Assembly: GCA_963845515.1 (NCBI GenBank)
Contig: CAWJSR010000017.1
Location: forward strand, 1 to 64,000
Length of the DNA: 64,000 nucleotides
Source of the DNA: an uncultured delta proteobacterium
Lineage (GTDB): Bacteria; Myxococcota; Myxococcia; Myxococcales; Anaeromyxobacteraceae
Reading direction: 5' to 3'
The translations under genes were made by a program, and so were the position numbers. This document shows, piece by piece, positions 35,091 through 45,663 of this stretch. Numbering within the stretch: position 1 is the stretch's first letter; every line of letters starts with the position of its first letter. The notes beneath the pieces were generated by a model. It was not told the origin of the DNA. It saw nothing but the letters and a program-made list of their open reading frames with translations, and made no database searches.

Positions 35091-36245
35091 TCACGGAGCG
35101 GCCGAGCCCTCCGCCGCCGGGACCTTCGGCTCGGCGGCGCGCAGCGCCGCGGCCGCCTGCCGGCTCCGACCGGCCAGCTCGGCGAGCGACATGTCCTGGG
35201 CGCTCATGGCCACCAGGCCGGCGACGATGCCGACGACGAGCTGCAGCGCCTGCAGGCCGAGCGTGTACGCCAGGGCCGGGCCACTGGCGACGCCGTACGT
35301 GGCGAGCGCCGCCACGGCGGCCACCTGGAAGGTGCCCACGTTGCCCGGCGTCGCCGGCACGAGGCCGATCAGGTTGGTGAGGACGATGACGAGGGCGGCG
35401 CCGCTGAGTCCGGCCGCCCCCAGATGGAACGCCCAGAGCATGGCGACGGCCGCGGCGAGCTGGATGACCCAGGCCAGCACCTGCGTCCCCGTCACGGCGA
35501 GCGCGGCGAGCGGCCGGTCCCAGATGCGCTGGCTCTGGATGAGCTGCGGCAGCCAGCGCCCCATCCGCCTGACCCTGGGTCCGCCGCGCTCGCACGCCTC
35601 GGCGACCTGCCGCCGGCGGCGGTTGAGGATGAACCCGCCCACGAGCGGCACGGCGATGAGTCCCGCGCTCACGTAGAGCACGTGCACCGCCCAGGAGGGC
35701 GCGGAGAGCGTCGAGAGGAAGACGAGCGCCATGACGAGGAACGTGACGATGGCGAACATGCGCTCGGTGAGCGTGATGCCGAGCGCCGTCGGGAACGGCA
35801 GGTGCTCCCGACGCCGCCGCAGCAGCACGTACAACACGTACGGCGACAGCACCGTCCCCACGCGCACGGGGATCAGGGAGTTGGCGAGCAGCCCGATGCT
35901 CGTCGCGGAGAAGGAGTTGGTGAAGCGCGAACGCACACCGGCGACGGCATCGACGATGAGCTGCAGCGAGAGGCTGCGCAGCGCGAGCGACGCCAGCATG
36001 AGCGCGACGGCCGCCAGGGCCCAGCGCCAGTCGGCGCTGCCGAAGGAGCGCACCATCAGGGCCAGGTCGTCGCGTCCCAGCAGGGCGAACGCGAGGACGA
36101 TGAGGGCCGCCGCTCCGATCCACCGGCGGCGGCCTGGAGAAGTGACGACCCTGCGGATGAAGCGGGCGAGCCTCGAGGAGGCTCGGCCGGTCTGCTGAGG
36201 GTCGCTCATCATCGACCGAGTATGGGCCGAAGAATCGTTGGTCAC
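35091..36245 (-). CDS. Lysylphosphatidylglycerol synthase TM / UPF0104 flippase-like membrane protein
   Basis: IGLLANSLIPVRVG, LTERMF, PATPGNVGTFQ; multiple TM segments. Confidence 0.8.
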   Translation of the reverse strand: MTNDSSAHTRSMMSDPQQTGRASSRLARFIRRVVTSPGRRRWIGAAALIVLAFALLGRDDLALMVRSFGSADWRWALAAVALMLASLALRSLSLQLIVDAVAGVRSRFTNSFSATSIGLLANSLIPVRVGTVLSPYVLYVLLRRRREHLPFPTALGITLTERMFAIVTFLVMALVFLSTLSAPSWAVHVLYVSAGLIAVPLVGGFILNRRRRQVAEACERGGPRVRRMGRWLPQLIQSQRIWDRPLAALAVTGTQVLAWVIQLAAAVAMLWAFHLGAAGLSGAALVIVLTNLIGLVPATPGNVGTFQVAAVAALATYGVASGPALAYTLGLQALQLVVGIVAGLVAMSAQDMSLAELAGRSRQAAAALRAAEPKVPAAEGSAAP

Positions 36246-36306
36246 AACCCACTAAATCACCCGTCGTGACCCGATGGTAGGCTGACCGCATGTCCTTCGC
36301 GCTCGC

Positions 36307-37415
36307 CTACTCCCGGGCGTGCCCCGGCAGCATCTCGGCGGTCAGCTTGGCCTCCCAGTCGCGGGAAGGCGCCCACGACCATGTCGACGAGCCGCGCGAC
36401 GGGTCGCGTCAGCGCGTCCGTCGCCGGGATCCCCAGTTCGAGCTCGTAGAGGATGATCGCGGCGCTCACCTCGGCGTCGGTCATGTCCTCGTGGTTGATG
36501 GTGAGACCGATGACCTCGACGCCGGCGAACGCTCGGAGCAGGGCGATCTCGCTGAGCGGCGTCGGCGTGGGCACGTCCGGGAAGTCGCCCAGCATGCGGC
36601 GCGACGGCGCGTGCTGCAGGATCACCGCGTCCGGCCTGGCGCCGCGCAGGATGAACGTCGACGAGAGGTACGCAGGGTGACTGAGCGCGCCCTGTCCCTC
36701 GACGATGATCACGTCGGGACGCTCCGCCTCGAACGCCTCCACGACGACGCCTCCATCTCGCCCGAGCAGAACTGGCAGGGGATGGCGTCGAGCGCGACGC
36801 CGTAGCGGGCGCCCTGGATGAGCCCGGTCTGGCCGGTGCCGACCAGGACGGCGCTGATCCCGCGCTCGTTGAGCGCCTGGGTCAGGATGGTCGCGGTCGT
36901 GCGCTTGCCGATGGCGCCGTCCGTGCCGAGCACGGCGATGCGCGGGCAGGTCACCGTCGTCGATGCGCCCGGTGAACATGCGCAGGTCCTTCTTGGCGCG
37001 CGGGCGACGTACGTCCAGGAGCCTCACGCCGTACGTCGCCGCGGCGGCGGTGAACTCGAGGTCGTCGTTCAGGAACTCGTGCAGACCGTTGACGATGCTC
37101 ATGCCGCGCCCCATCGCATCGAGCACCACGCCGCGTTCGCGCGGAGAGAGCATGCCGCTGAGCGGCGCCACGCCGATGATGAAGAAGTCCGGGACGTAGC
37201 CGCAGAGGGCGATCGCCGCCGCGAGGTCGGCGCAGATCGGGATCCCGTTGGGCCGCTCGTCGAGGAACTCGCCGGCGTCCAGCCCGACCTTCGGTGCTGT
37301 CGATCACGGCGAGGATCTCGTACTTCTCCGAGTGCCGCACGAGGCCGTTGGCCGTCTTGCCGTCCGGCGTGCCGAAGAACGCCTCCGCGTAGACCACCGC
37401 CGTCCGCCGCGTCAT
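36307..37415 (-). CDS. DUF1611 (EBNA-1/P-loop, DgcN-like) protein (indels)
   Basis: DGKTANGLVRHS, IVNGLHEFL, VLGTDGAIGKRTT, GTGQTG, VEGQGALSHP. Confidence 0.85.
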
Positions 37416-38153
37416 GACGATCCTCCCGGCCGCGGCCGTCTGCCGTCGTCGAAGACGGGCGTGATGTTCAGGAGGTCCGAGACGTCGAGGCCGTCCATGA
37501 ACGTGAGGCCTCCGGCGCGCTGGAACAGACGGGCGCGGCCGGTGACTTCGGCCCGCTCCCCGCTGACGCGCAGCCACGAGCCCTCGTACAGGCCCAGCAC
37601 GGGACACTCGTTCTCCTCGAGGAACTCCGTGATGCGCTCCGCGCGCGTCTCGCCCATGAACGTCGAGGCGGGGTCCGGGTCGATGTAGTGGAGGTTGATC
37701 TGGAACGGCACGAGACCCAGCGCGCCGAAGCTCGGCGGCCGGCAGATCGGCATGTCGTTGGTCGTCCGGATGGTCGGGCAGGCCACGTTCGTGCCCGCGG
37801 AGGCGCCCACGTAGCGGGTCACGCCTTCGCGCACGTTGCGGCTCAGCTTGTCGACCACGCCGAGGGCGTACAGGGAGTCGAGCAGCCGGAAGGTGTTGCC
37901 GCCGCCCATCATCACGACGTCCGCGTCGAGGATCGCCCGCTCCGGAGCGCTCGGACCGGTGGGCGGAGACGACCTCGACGTCGAACGCGGCGAGCGCGGC
38001 CGCGGCCCTGTCGGCGTACTCGTCCCAGTCCGCCAGCGCGTACGGGATGAACGTCACCGGGTCGCCGGCCGAGACGTCGGCGAAGGTCTCGGCGGCATGC
38101 GAGAACATCGTGCCGCCGTAGTTGGTGGAGTTGGAGAGCAGAAGGAGCTCCAT
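37412..38153 (-). CDS. pepE: Dipeptidase E (peptidase S51), one indel
   Basis: LLLLSNST, FIPYA, GGGNTFRLL, GASAG, IRTTNDMPI, FQINLHY, GETRAERITEF. Confidence 0.9.
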
Positions 38154-38681
38154 GACCGCCATCCTGATAGGCCGGCCAGGGGGATCCCGAGCAAGCGATG
38201 GGCGCTTCACAGCGGCGGATGTCGCGGGCTGTGCACGCCGATTCCGCGCAGAGGTCGATCGACCTGTTCCGCGGTGAGGGGATTGCGTGCCCCGGGGAGA
38301 GAAGCGACACGTCGTGTCCCTACAGTGGCAGGTGCCCCGCGTCCGGTCAATGTCCATGACTGAGCCAGCGACCTCACTGGCATGATCTGGCATGGGTGCC
38401 GCTCCCCGGCGTGGAGTCGCGCCAGGCGGATCGAAGGGGCCGGCGGCCGCTGCGCGTGCCGGCCCCCCAACGGCTCCGCGTTCCTGCCGGCGCGGGCCGG
38501 GGATGCACAACCAGGGACAGCAGACTCCGCCTGCGCGGGCCCGCGGCACCAAGCCACAGTCCCGCGCGCGACGCCATGACCAGCAGACACGACCGAGACA
38601 GAGCAGCGACCGGCTCCACCTTCTCGGCTCCTCGTGCGGCCTGCGGACTCACTCGTCACTCCAGGCGTGAGGCCCGCAGCC

Positions 38682-39797
38682 GTGAGCGGTCTGCCGGTCG
38701 CGGTGGACACGCCGACGTACGCGATCGTCGCCGTCGTCGTCTTCATCCTGGCGGGCGTCGCCTACGCGGTGCGCCGGTACTGGCGGCGTCGGCAGCCGCC
38801 GCAGCCGCCGGCGCCCGCCACCACCGTCATCGAGGAACCGCCGGCCGACAAGCACGTGCGCACGCCGTCGGACGTGCTCCACCTCATCGTCGGCGTGCTG
38901 CTGGTGCTCCTCGGCCTGCTCATCGCCGCAGGTGCCTCGAACACCCTCGTCGGCCTGGAGCGCGACCTGATCGAGGCCTTCGACGCCCTGCCCGAAGGGT
39001 TCGCGACCGTCCTCTACCTGGTCTTCCAGGCGCATCGCTTCGCTCATCCCCGCGCGGCCGTCGGCCTGGTCGTGCTGTGGCGCCGCAAGTTCCGGCTGTT
39101 CGGCATGCTGATCCTCGCGGCTCTGCTGGCGCAGACCATCACCTCCGTGCTGAACGACCTGGTCGTGAAGAACTTCGGGACGCCGGAACTGCTCGCCGCG
39201 GTCCACCGCCCCGACTGGCTGAGGAGGTCGTCTCCATCGGAGAGATCAGCTCGAGCTTCGTCGCCGGCATGGTGTCCACGGTCGTACTGGGGTCGCCGTG
39301 GATCAGCCGCGCCTGGCGTCGTGTGGGTGGGCCGTGGTCGTCTGTCGGTCGGCGTTCCGCATCGCCGGGCCGCGCAGGGAGGGCCCCTGGACATCGTCCT
39401 GGCCGTGGGCGCCGGCATCGTCGGCGGGCTCGGCGGTCGCTGCTCATCTTCGGCGCGCCCAACAAGCGCCCGCGAGGCCCCGCGGTCGTCGCCGCCATGG
39501 CGCGGGCCGGGGCGCCCCTGGCGCGCCGTCACCCGCGCGGGCGTGGACGCCCGGAGCTCCACGCCCTACTTCGCCGACGCCGACGACGGCCGGCGCTGTT
39601 CATCAAGGTGCTGGGCCGCGACGAGCGCAGCGCCGACCTCATGTTCCGCATCTACTGTTCCTTCGGCTCAAGGACGTGGGCGACCGTGGTCCCTTCTCGT
39701 CCCTGCAGCGGATGGTCGAGCACGAGGCGCTCGTGGCGCTGTACGCCAACGACATGGGCGTCCTGACTCCCGCCTCGTGGTCACCGCCAACGTGGCC
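38682..39797 (+). CDS. Actinobacterial membrane protein (flippase/LPG-synthase-associated type, kinase-like region), truncated at fragment junction
   Basis: TM segments, then [38 protein letters not shown]; breaks off at about 39797. Confidence 0.6.
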
Positions 39798-39800
39798 TGC

Positions 39801-41189
39801 GACGTCCTCGGCGAAGGCCTCCTTGAGGCTGTCCTTCACCATCGCCGCGCCGCCGTACTTGATGACCGCCACCTGCCCGGAGAAGGCGGCGATGTACTTG
39901 AGCGCCTCGACGAGGAGCGAGCGCTTGAAGGCCGGCGAGTAGTTGGCGACCTTGTCGTCCTTGGCGACGCCGCCGTCCGCCTTCTGGATGATGAGCGACG
40001 AGTAGTCGGCGTTGATCTTCACGTAGTCGTAGGAGAGATCGCAGCCCCAGGAGACGGCGCGCGCGGCCCCCTCCGTCAGCTCGACCAGGACGTCGACGCG
40101 GGACTCGCGCATCTGGCCCTTCAGCCCATCGCGATCGTGCTCGGTCGGCGCGCCCTTCTCGAAGACCGTGACGCCCTGCATCGCCACCCGCGCCTTGTAC
40201 GGGTCGATCGGGAAGCCCTGCGAGCCGGCCCGCGCGCCGACCGTGGCGAGGATCCGGCCCCAGTTCGGATCGGCGCCGAAGATGGCCGCCTTGACCAACG
40301 GTGAGGTGGCTATCGACCGGGCCAGGTCGCGGGCGCAGCGGTCGTCGGGCGCGCCGCTCACGACCACCTCGACCATCCGGGTCGCGCCCTCGCCGTCCGC
40401 GGCCATGGCGCGGGCCATCTCGCCGAGCATGTCGCGGAGCGCCGCCTCGAACACCTCGAGGTCTGGCCCCGCCTCGGCCATCCGCGGGTTGCCGGCGAGG
40501 CCGTTGGCGAGGACGTACACGGTGTCGTTGGTGGACATGTCGCCGTCCACGGTCACCATCTCCAGCGTCGTGGAGACGGCGCGCACGAGCGCGTCCTGCA
40601 GCGCCTTCGGCGTGATGGCTGCGTCCGTGGTGACCACGCAGAGCGTCGTCGCCAGCTGCGGCGCCAGCATCCCCGAGCCCTTGGCGATGCAGCTCAGGAC
40701 CGCCGGCTTGCCGCCCAGCACCACCTCGCGCGCCGCCATCTTGGTGCGCGTGTCGGTGGTCATGATCGCCTCGGCGGCGAGATCCGGGTGGTCGCCGAGC
40801 TGCTCCGCGAGCGCCGGGAGCGCGGCGAGGATCTTCATCGCGGGGAGCCGCTGGCCGATGACGCCGGTGGAGGCCGAGAGGACGGAGCGCTTCTGGATCC
40901 CCAGCGCGTCGGCGACGGCCCCGCGGATGACGCTGACGTCGTCGAGGCCGCCGGGGCCGGTGAGGGCGTTGGCGTTGCCCGAGTTCACCACCACGGCGCG
41001 CATCCCCTCCGCGGGGACGCGCGGGCGCCCGTCGATCACGGGCGCCGCCGCGGCCTTGTTCACCGTGAAGACGCCGGCAGCGGCCGCCGGGTGATCGCTG
41101 ACGACGAGGGCGAGGTCGCGTCGCTGCGGCTTGATCCCGCAGGCGACGCCGCCGAACCTGAAGCCCTTCGGGATCTTCATGCCGGTCAT
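39801..41189 (-). CDS. argJ: ArgJ fused in-frame to the start of acetylglutamate kinase ArgB; truncated at junction
   Basis: [73 protein letters not shown], then [25 protein letters not shown] (ArgB N-terminus). Confidence 0.9.
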
Positions 41190-41190
41190 G

Positions 41191-42225
41191 TCAGCCCCCC
41201 TGGAGGTCGAGGCCGGTCGTCTCGGGGAGGCCGAGCGCCGCGTTCATCGCCTGGACGGCCTGGCCGGCGGCCCCCTTGAGCAGGTTGTCGATGGCCGAGG
41301 AGACGACCGCCACGCCCGCCCTGGCGTCCATCGCGACGCCGACGTGGCACCGGTTCGTGTGGACCACGTCCTTCACCATCACCTTGTCGGCCGGGAGCAG
41401 CTTGACGAACGGCTCGCCCGCGTACGCCTTCGCGATCGCGTCGTGCAGGTCGGCGGACTGCGGCTTGCCGGTGAGCCGCAGCGTCACCGTCGCCAGGATC
41501 CCGCGCCGGATCGGCGCGAGGACCGGCGTGAAGGAGATGGGGCCGCAGGCGCCGGCGTACCGCGCCACGGTCTGCTCGATCTCGGGGACGTGCTGGTGCT
41601 TGCCGAGCCGGTAGGCCCGCAGGTCCTCGGCGGTCTCGCAGAAGCTGTAGTCCTCGCTGGCCTTGCGCCCGGCGCCGGAGACGCCGCTCATGCCCGTCAC
41701 GCAGATGCCGTCGGACGAGACGAGCTGGCTGCGCACCAGCGGCGCGATCGCGAGCGCGATGGCGGTGGCGTAGCAGCCGGGGTTGGTGACGAGCCTCGCG
41801 CCGAGGAGCTTGTCGCGCGCCAGTTCGGGCAGGCCGTAGCGGGCGTCGGCGAGGAGCTGGGGCGCCGGGTGGTCGAAGCCGTACCACGGCGGGTAGGCGG
41901 CGGTGTCGAGGAGCCTGAAGGCGCCGGACAGGTCGACCACGCGCCCTCCCTTCGCGACCAGCCTGGGCGCGAGCTCGGCCGAGACCTCGGTCGGCGTCGC
42001 GAGGAAGACGACCTCGGCGTCGGCCTGGTGCCCCTCGGCGAGCGGGCGGTAGGCGAGCTTCCCGACCTCTCCGAGCAGCGGCAGCCGATCGCCGGCCAGC
42101 TCCCCGGACCAGCGATCGGAGTAGAGGGCGGTGACGCGGGCGGCGGGGTGGCGCGCGAGGACCCGGGTGAGCTCGAGCCCCGCGTAGCCGGAGGCGCCTA
42201 CGACGGCGACCGTATGCTTATGCAT
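41191..42225 (-). CDS. argC: N-acetyl-gamma-glutamyl-phosphate reductase
   Basis: [55 protein letters not shown]. Confidence 0.95.
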   Translation of the reverse strand: MHKHTVAVVGASGYAGLELTRVLARHPAARVTALYSDRWSGELAGDRLPLLGEVGKLAYRPLAEGHQADAEVVFLATPTEVSAELAPRLVAKGGRVVDLSGAFRLLDTAAYPPWYGFDHPAPQLLADARYGLPELARDKLLGARLVTNPGCYATAIALAIAPLVRSQLVSSDGICVTGMSGVSGAGRKASEDYSFCETAEDLRAYRLGKHQHVPEIEQTVARYAGACGPISFTPVLAPIRRGILATVTLRLTGKPQSADLHDAIAKAYAGEPFVKLLPADKVMVKDVVHTNRCHVGVAMDARAGVAVVSSAIDNLLKGAAGQAVQAMNAALGLPETTGLDLQGG

Positions 42226-42264
42226 GGTCCCGCATGAATATGCAGAACCGGCCTTGCCGGTCAA
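42211..42264 (-). promoter_or_regulatory. Tandem ARG boxes overlapping the argC start, plus a sigma70-like promoter
   Basis: Minus strand: TTGACC-N16-CATATT; TGCATATTCATGCG (42231-42244) and TGCATAAGCATACG (42211-42224) at 20-bp period. Confidence 0.65.
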
Positions 42265-42275
42265 CGATCCGCACG

Positions 42276-42307
42276 AAAAAAACGGCCAGCGCGAGGAGCG
42301 CCGGCCG
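42276..42307 (-). terminator. Intrinsic terminator downstream of tRNA-Leu
   Basis: CGGCCGGCGC-TCCTC-GCGCTGGCCG followed by T7. Confidence 0.85.
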
Positions 42308-42310
42308 ATG

Positions 42311-42394
42311 TGCCCAGGAGAGGATTCGAACCTCCACGGTTTTGAGGCCGCCAGACCCTGAATCTGGTGCGTCTACCAGTTCCGCCACCTGGGC
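42311..42394 (-). tRNA. tRNA-Leu (CAG), CCA not encoded
   Basis: GCCCAGGTGGCGGAACTGGTAGACGCA CCAGA-TTCAGGG-TCTGG, long variable arm, GGAGGTTCGAATCCTC TCCTGGGCA. Confidence 0.97.
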
Positions 42395-42544
42395 TTGCTG
42401 CGGGGCCTCTTATGTCCCGGGCGGGCTGGGGGTGTCAACTGCTGCGAGCGCCGATCCCGTCGCCGAGGTGGGCTGCCCCGTCGCGAAAGGATCTTCGACG
42501 GTCGCGGCGCCCCCGCGGCTACAATGCCGCCCCGGAGGATCACA

Positions 42545-43381
42545 ATGCTCGCCACGGTCATCGCGCTCCACCTCGCCTTCACCCAGTCGCCCGTCGCCGA
42601 GCAAGCGCCGGCGCCGGCGCAGGAGGAGTCCGCTCCGACCGCCCTTCCGGCCACCGATCGGGCCGCACCTCCCGTCGGCGCCCCGGGCGAGGCAGCCGCG
42701 CTGCCCCGGTCCTCGGAGCCGCCAGTCGAGGAGGAGGAGGCGCTGAAGCCGACCCGCGAGCTGCCGCCACCCGTCACGATGACGACCAGGCCGCTGGCGA
42801 AGTCGGCCTTGAACCCCATCCCCTCGATCCTCTCGGCCGAGCCGCTCAACGGCCGCTCGACCGTCGTGGGCTGGGCCGGCTGGGCGACGCTGGGCGCCGC
42901 GTGGTCCCAGGGGGTCAGCTCCGAGGACGACATCGGCGTCTCGGGCGAGTTCGACTGGTCCACCGCCGAGCTGCGCGTGTCGGCCCTCTACCGCCGGCCG
43001 CTGGGCCGGGCGGGGCAGTTCGGCATCGCGAGCCGCCTGCGCGCGGGGTGGTACGCCGACTTCGGCGCCCAGTGGATCCACGACGACAACCTGAAGGACC
43101 GCGGGGTCGAGTTCGTCCCGGGGATCGTCCTCTCCGCGCGCGGGGCGGGCGGCGTCTTCTCGTTCGGCGGCGACCTGCCGATCACGGTGACCCTCTGGCG
43201 CAACGGCGGCATCTTCGCGTCCCCGAGGGTCTCGGCCGCCTTCGAGACGCGGCTCTACGGCGACCTCACGGTCGGCGCCCGCATCGCGGGGGCCTACCGG
43301 GCCGGCGCAGGCGACGCGCCGATGTCCGACGGGCGCGCGCTGCTGGACCTCCAGGTCATCGTCGGTCGCCAGTTGTTCTAG
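42545..43381 (+). CDS. Hypothetical exported protein, probable outer-membrane beta-barrel
   Basis: Signal peptide, Pro/Ala-rich linker, alternating beta-strand pattern, terminal Phe. Confidence 0.6.
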   Translation: MLATVIALHLAFTQSPVAEQAPAPAQEESAPTALPATDRAAPPVGAPGEAAALPRSSEPPVEEEEALKPTRELPPPVTMTTRPLAKSALNPIPSILSAEPLNGRSTVVGWAGWATLGAAWSQGVSSEDDIGVSGEFDWSTAELRVSALYRRPLGRAGQFGIASRLRAGWYADFGAQWIHDDNLKDRGVEFVPGIVLSARGAGGVFSFGGDLPITVTLWRNGGIFASPRVSAAFETRLYGDLTVGARIAGAYRAGAGDAPMSDGRALLDLQVIVGRQLF

Positions 43382-43534
43382 TCCCCCCGCCCCGCGCGGG
43401 GCTCGGGCATTGCGTCCGCTTCCGCAGACCGCGGCCCGGCCGGATCATCGGCAGATGGAGGTCGGCAAGGGAGCGGCGGCGGTCCCCCCGCGGGCGGCCC
43501 GTCACGCGGCCAGCGACGAGAGCGTTCGATCCGG

Positions 43535-44062
43535 GTGCGGCCCGGCTTCGTCGCTGCGCTCATCTTCTGCGCGATCGTCTTCGGCGGCGGCCTGGTCGGC
43601 TTCGCAGCCTACCGGTTCGAGGTCGGGGCGGCGCGGAGCGAGCTGCAGCGCCAGATGCCGCTCTGGCACCACCTCTGGCTCTACCTGGTGTTCCTCGCCG
43701 CCGCGGCGGCCACCGCCGGCGTGACCACCCGCATGTGGCTGCGCGGCGTCCGGGAAGCGAGCCTAAGGCGCGAGCACGAGGCCACCAAGGAATACGTCGC
43801 GGCGCTCGAGACCGCCGAGGCGGAGCGCGAGGCGCTCATCGCCTCGCTGACCAAGGCGCTGGAGGACGTGAAGACCCTCCGCGGGATCGTCCCCATCTGC
43901 GCCTCCTGCAAGCGGGTCCGCGACGACAAGGGGTACTGGAGCCAGGTGGAGGCGTACGTGAGCAGGCACACCGAGGCGCAGTTCAGCCACGGCGTCTGCC
44001 CCGAGTGCGCCGCGCGGCTCTACCCGGACTACGCGGAGCGTCTACCCTCCGACGTCGAGTGA
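43535..44062 (+). CDS. Two-TM protein with C-terminal Zn-binding 'LPICxxC...SHGxCxxC' module
   Basis: VKTLRGIVPICASCKRVRDDKGYW...FSHGVCPEC after a coiled coil. Confidence 0.75.
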   Translation: MRPGFVAALIFCAIVFGGGLVGFAAYRFEVGAARSELQRQMPLWHHLWLYLVFLAAAAATAGVTTRMWLRGVREASLRREHEATKEYVAALETAEAEREALIASLTKALEDVKTLRGIVPICASCKRVRDDKGYWSQVEAYVSRHTEAQFSHGVCPECAARLYPDYAERLPSDVE

Positions 44063-44136
44063 GTCGAGTGAGTCGGGGCCGCGAGGCGCGCGACGCGCGA
44101 GGCGGCCGGAACCACCTTCGGTGGGCCCACTACGGC

Positions 44137-45507
44137 TCACCACCGGGTAGCGCAGGCCACCGCGCCAGGCGCGTCGCAGGCGACCTCGGCGGCCTCCAGG
44201 TACTCGAGCATCTCCTCGGCGGTGACTGCGCCGACCACGCGCGCAGGCGACTCGCGGCCGCCGTCGTCGACGAACACGACCGTCGGCATCCCCTGGACGC
44301 CGTACTTCGCCACGAGCGCCTGGAACGGCGCGTCGTCGGCGGTCCCGTCCAGCTTGAGCGCGACGAAGCGCGCCGCCTTCGCCTGGACCCGCGGATCCGA
44401 CCAGACGTGCTTGTCGAGCTCCTTGCAGGCGACGCACCACTCGGCCCAGAAGTCGACGAGGAGCGGCCGCTTCTCTGCGCGCGCCAGCGCCAGGGCGGCC
44501 GGCTCGTCGTGCAGCCACGCCAGCGCGGAGCCCTTGCGCGTGCGCGCGTCGGCCGCGCCGGCGGAGTAGGCGATCGCCCCGACCAGGAGGGCTACCCCGG
44601 TCCCCTTGAGCAGCCGGTCGGCGCCGCTGCCGTGGAAGCTCCGGTTCAGTGCGCCCATCAGGACGCCGACGGCCGCGACCGCCGCCGCCGCGACCGCCGC
44701 CCCCTTCGCGGCGGAGAAGAGCGGCTTCATCGCGGGGAAGGCGTCGCGGGCGAAGACGAGGGCCGCAGCCAGGAGCGCGACGCCGAAGAGTGACTTCACC
44801 GTCTCCATCCACGGGCCGCTCTTGGGGAAGGAGAGGCTGAAGGCGCCGATGAGGAAGAACGGGAGCCCCATCCCCAGCGCGTACGGGAACATGATGGCGA
44901 GGCCGTAGGCGACCGAGCCCTTCTGCGCGATGACGGCCAGGGCGGCGGCGAGGACCGGCCCGGTGCACGGGGCGGCGATCACGCCGGCTACCAGCCCCAT
45001 CCCAAACGCGCCGGCGTGCCCGGCGCCGCCCACCCGGCTCAGCCGCGCCTGGAGCGCGGGCGGCAGCGCGAGATCGAACGCCCCGAACATGGAGACGGCC
45101 ATCGCGACCAGGACCAGCGCGACCCCGCCGATCACCCACGGGTTGGACATCACGCTGCCGAAGGCCCTGCCGGTCAGCGCCGCCCCGACGCCGAGCGCCG
45201 AGTAGGTGACGGCGATCCCGAGGACGTAGAGCCCCGACAGGATCATCGCCTGACCCCGGCTACCCGCCTTCCGGGCGCCGAACAGCGAGACGGTGATCGG
45301 GATCAGCGGGTAGACGCAGGGGGTGAGGCTCGTGAGCAGCCCGCCCGCGAAGGCCGCCGCGATCGCGAGCGAAGAGCCCCGAATGAGGAGCCCCCCGATC
45401 CCAAGGTCAGACGTCGACCCTACGGGTCCTGAAACGAGGAGTTCCGGCAGGTAGAGGATGCCTGCGAAGGCGAACGCCGCTGCAGCGGCAAGGGCAAATG
45501 GGCGCAT
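44137..45507 (-). CDS. dsbD: DsbD/CcdA-type thiol:disulfide interchange protein with thioredoxin domain
   Basis: SLTPCVYPLIP, AAPCTGP, DFWAEWCVAC. Confidence 0.88.
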   Translation of the reverse strand: MRPFALAAAAAFAFAGILYLPELLVSGPVGSTSDLGIGGLLIRGSSLAIAAAFAGGLLTSLTPCVYPLIPITVSLFGARKAGSRGQAMILSGLYVLGIAVTYSALGVGAALTGRAFGSVMSNPWVIGGVALVLVAMAVSMFGAFDLALPPALQARLSRVGGAGHAGAFGMGLVAGVIAAPCTGPVLAAALAVIAQKGSVAYGLAIMFPYALGMGLPFFLIGAFSLSFPKSGPWMETVKSLFGVALLAAALVFARDAFPAMKPLFSAAKGAAVAAAAVAAVGVLMGALNRSFHGSGADRLLKGTGVALLVGAIAYSAGAADARTRKGSALAWLHDEPAALALARAEKRPLLVDFWAEWCVACKELDKHVWSDPRVQAKAARFVALKLDGTADDAPFQALVAKYGVQGMPTVVFVDDGGRESPARVVGAVTAEEMLEYLEAAEVACDAPGAVACATRW

Positions 45508-45663
45508 CAGCTACCACCTACCTCTAAAGGTAATCGAAAAGCGTTGTTGTGCCAGCCGTTTGCCCGTCAGCGGACTTGACCGGGTACATCGGAACCTAGT
45601 ATTCGACCGTCGCCGTCCATGAACCGTGGACCTCACCACGGGATGTTGGATGCAGGTTGGGTC

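Noticed and set aside
42311..42394. tRNA-Leu as an integration site
   Set aside because: No integrase and no duplicated tRNA 3' end seen; a terminator and argC follow directly.
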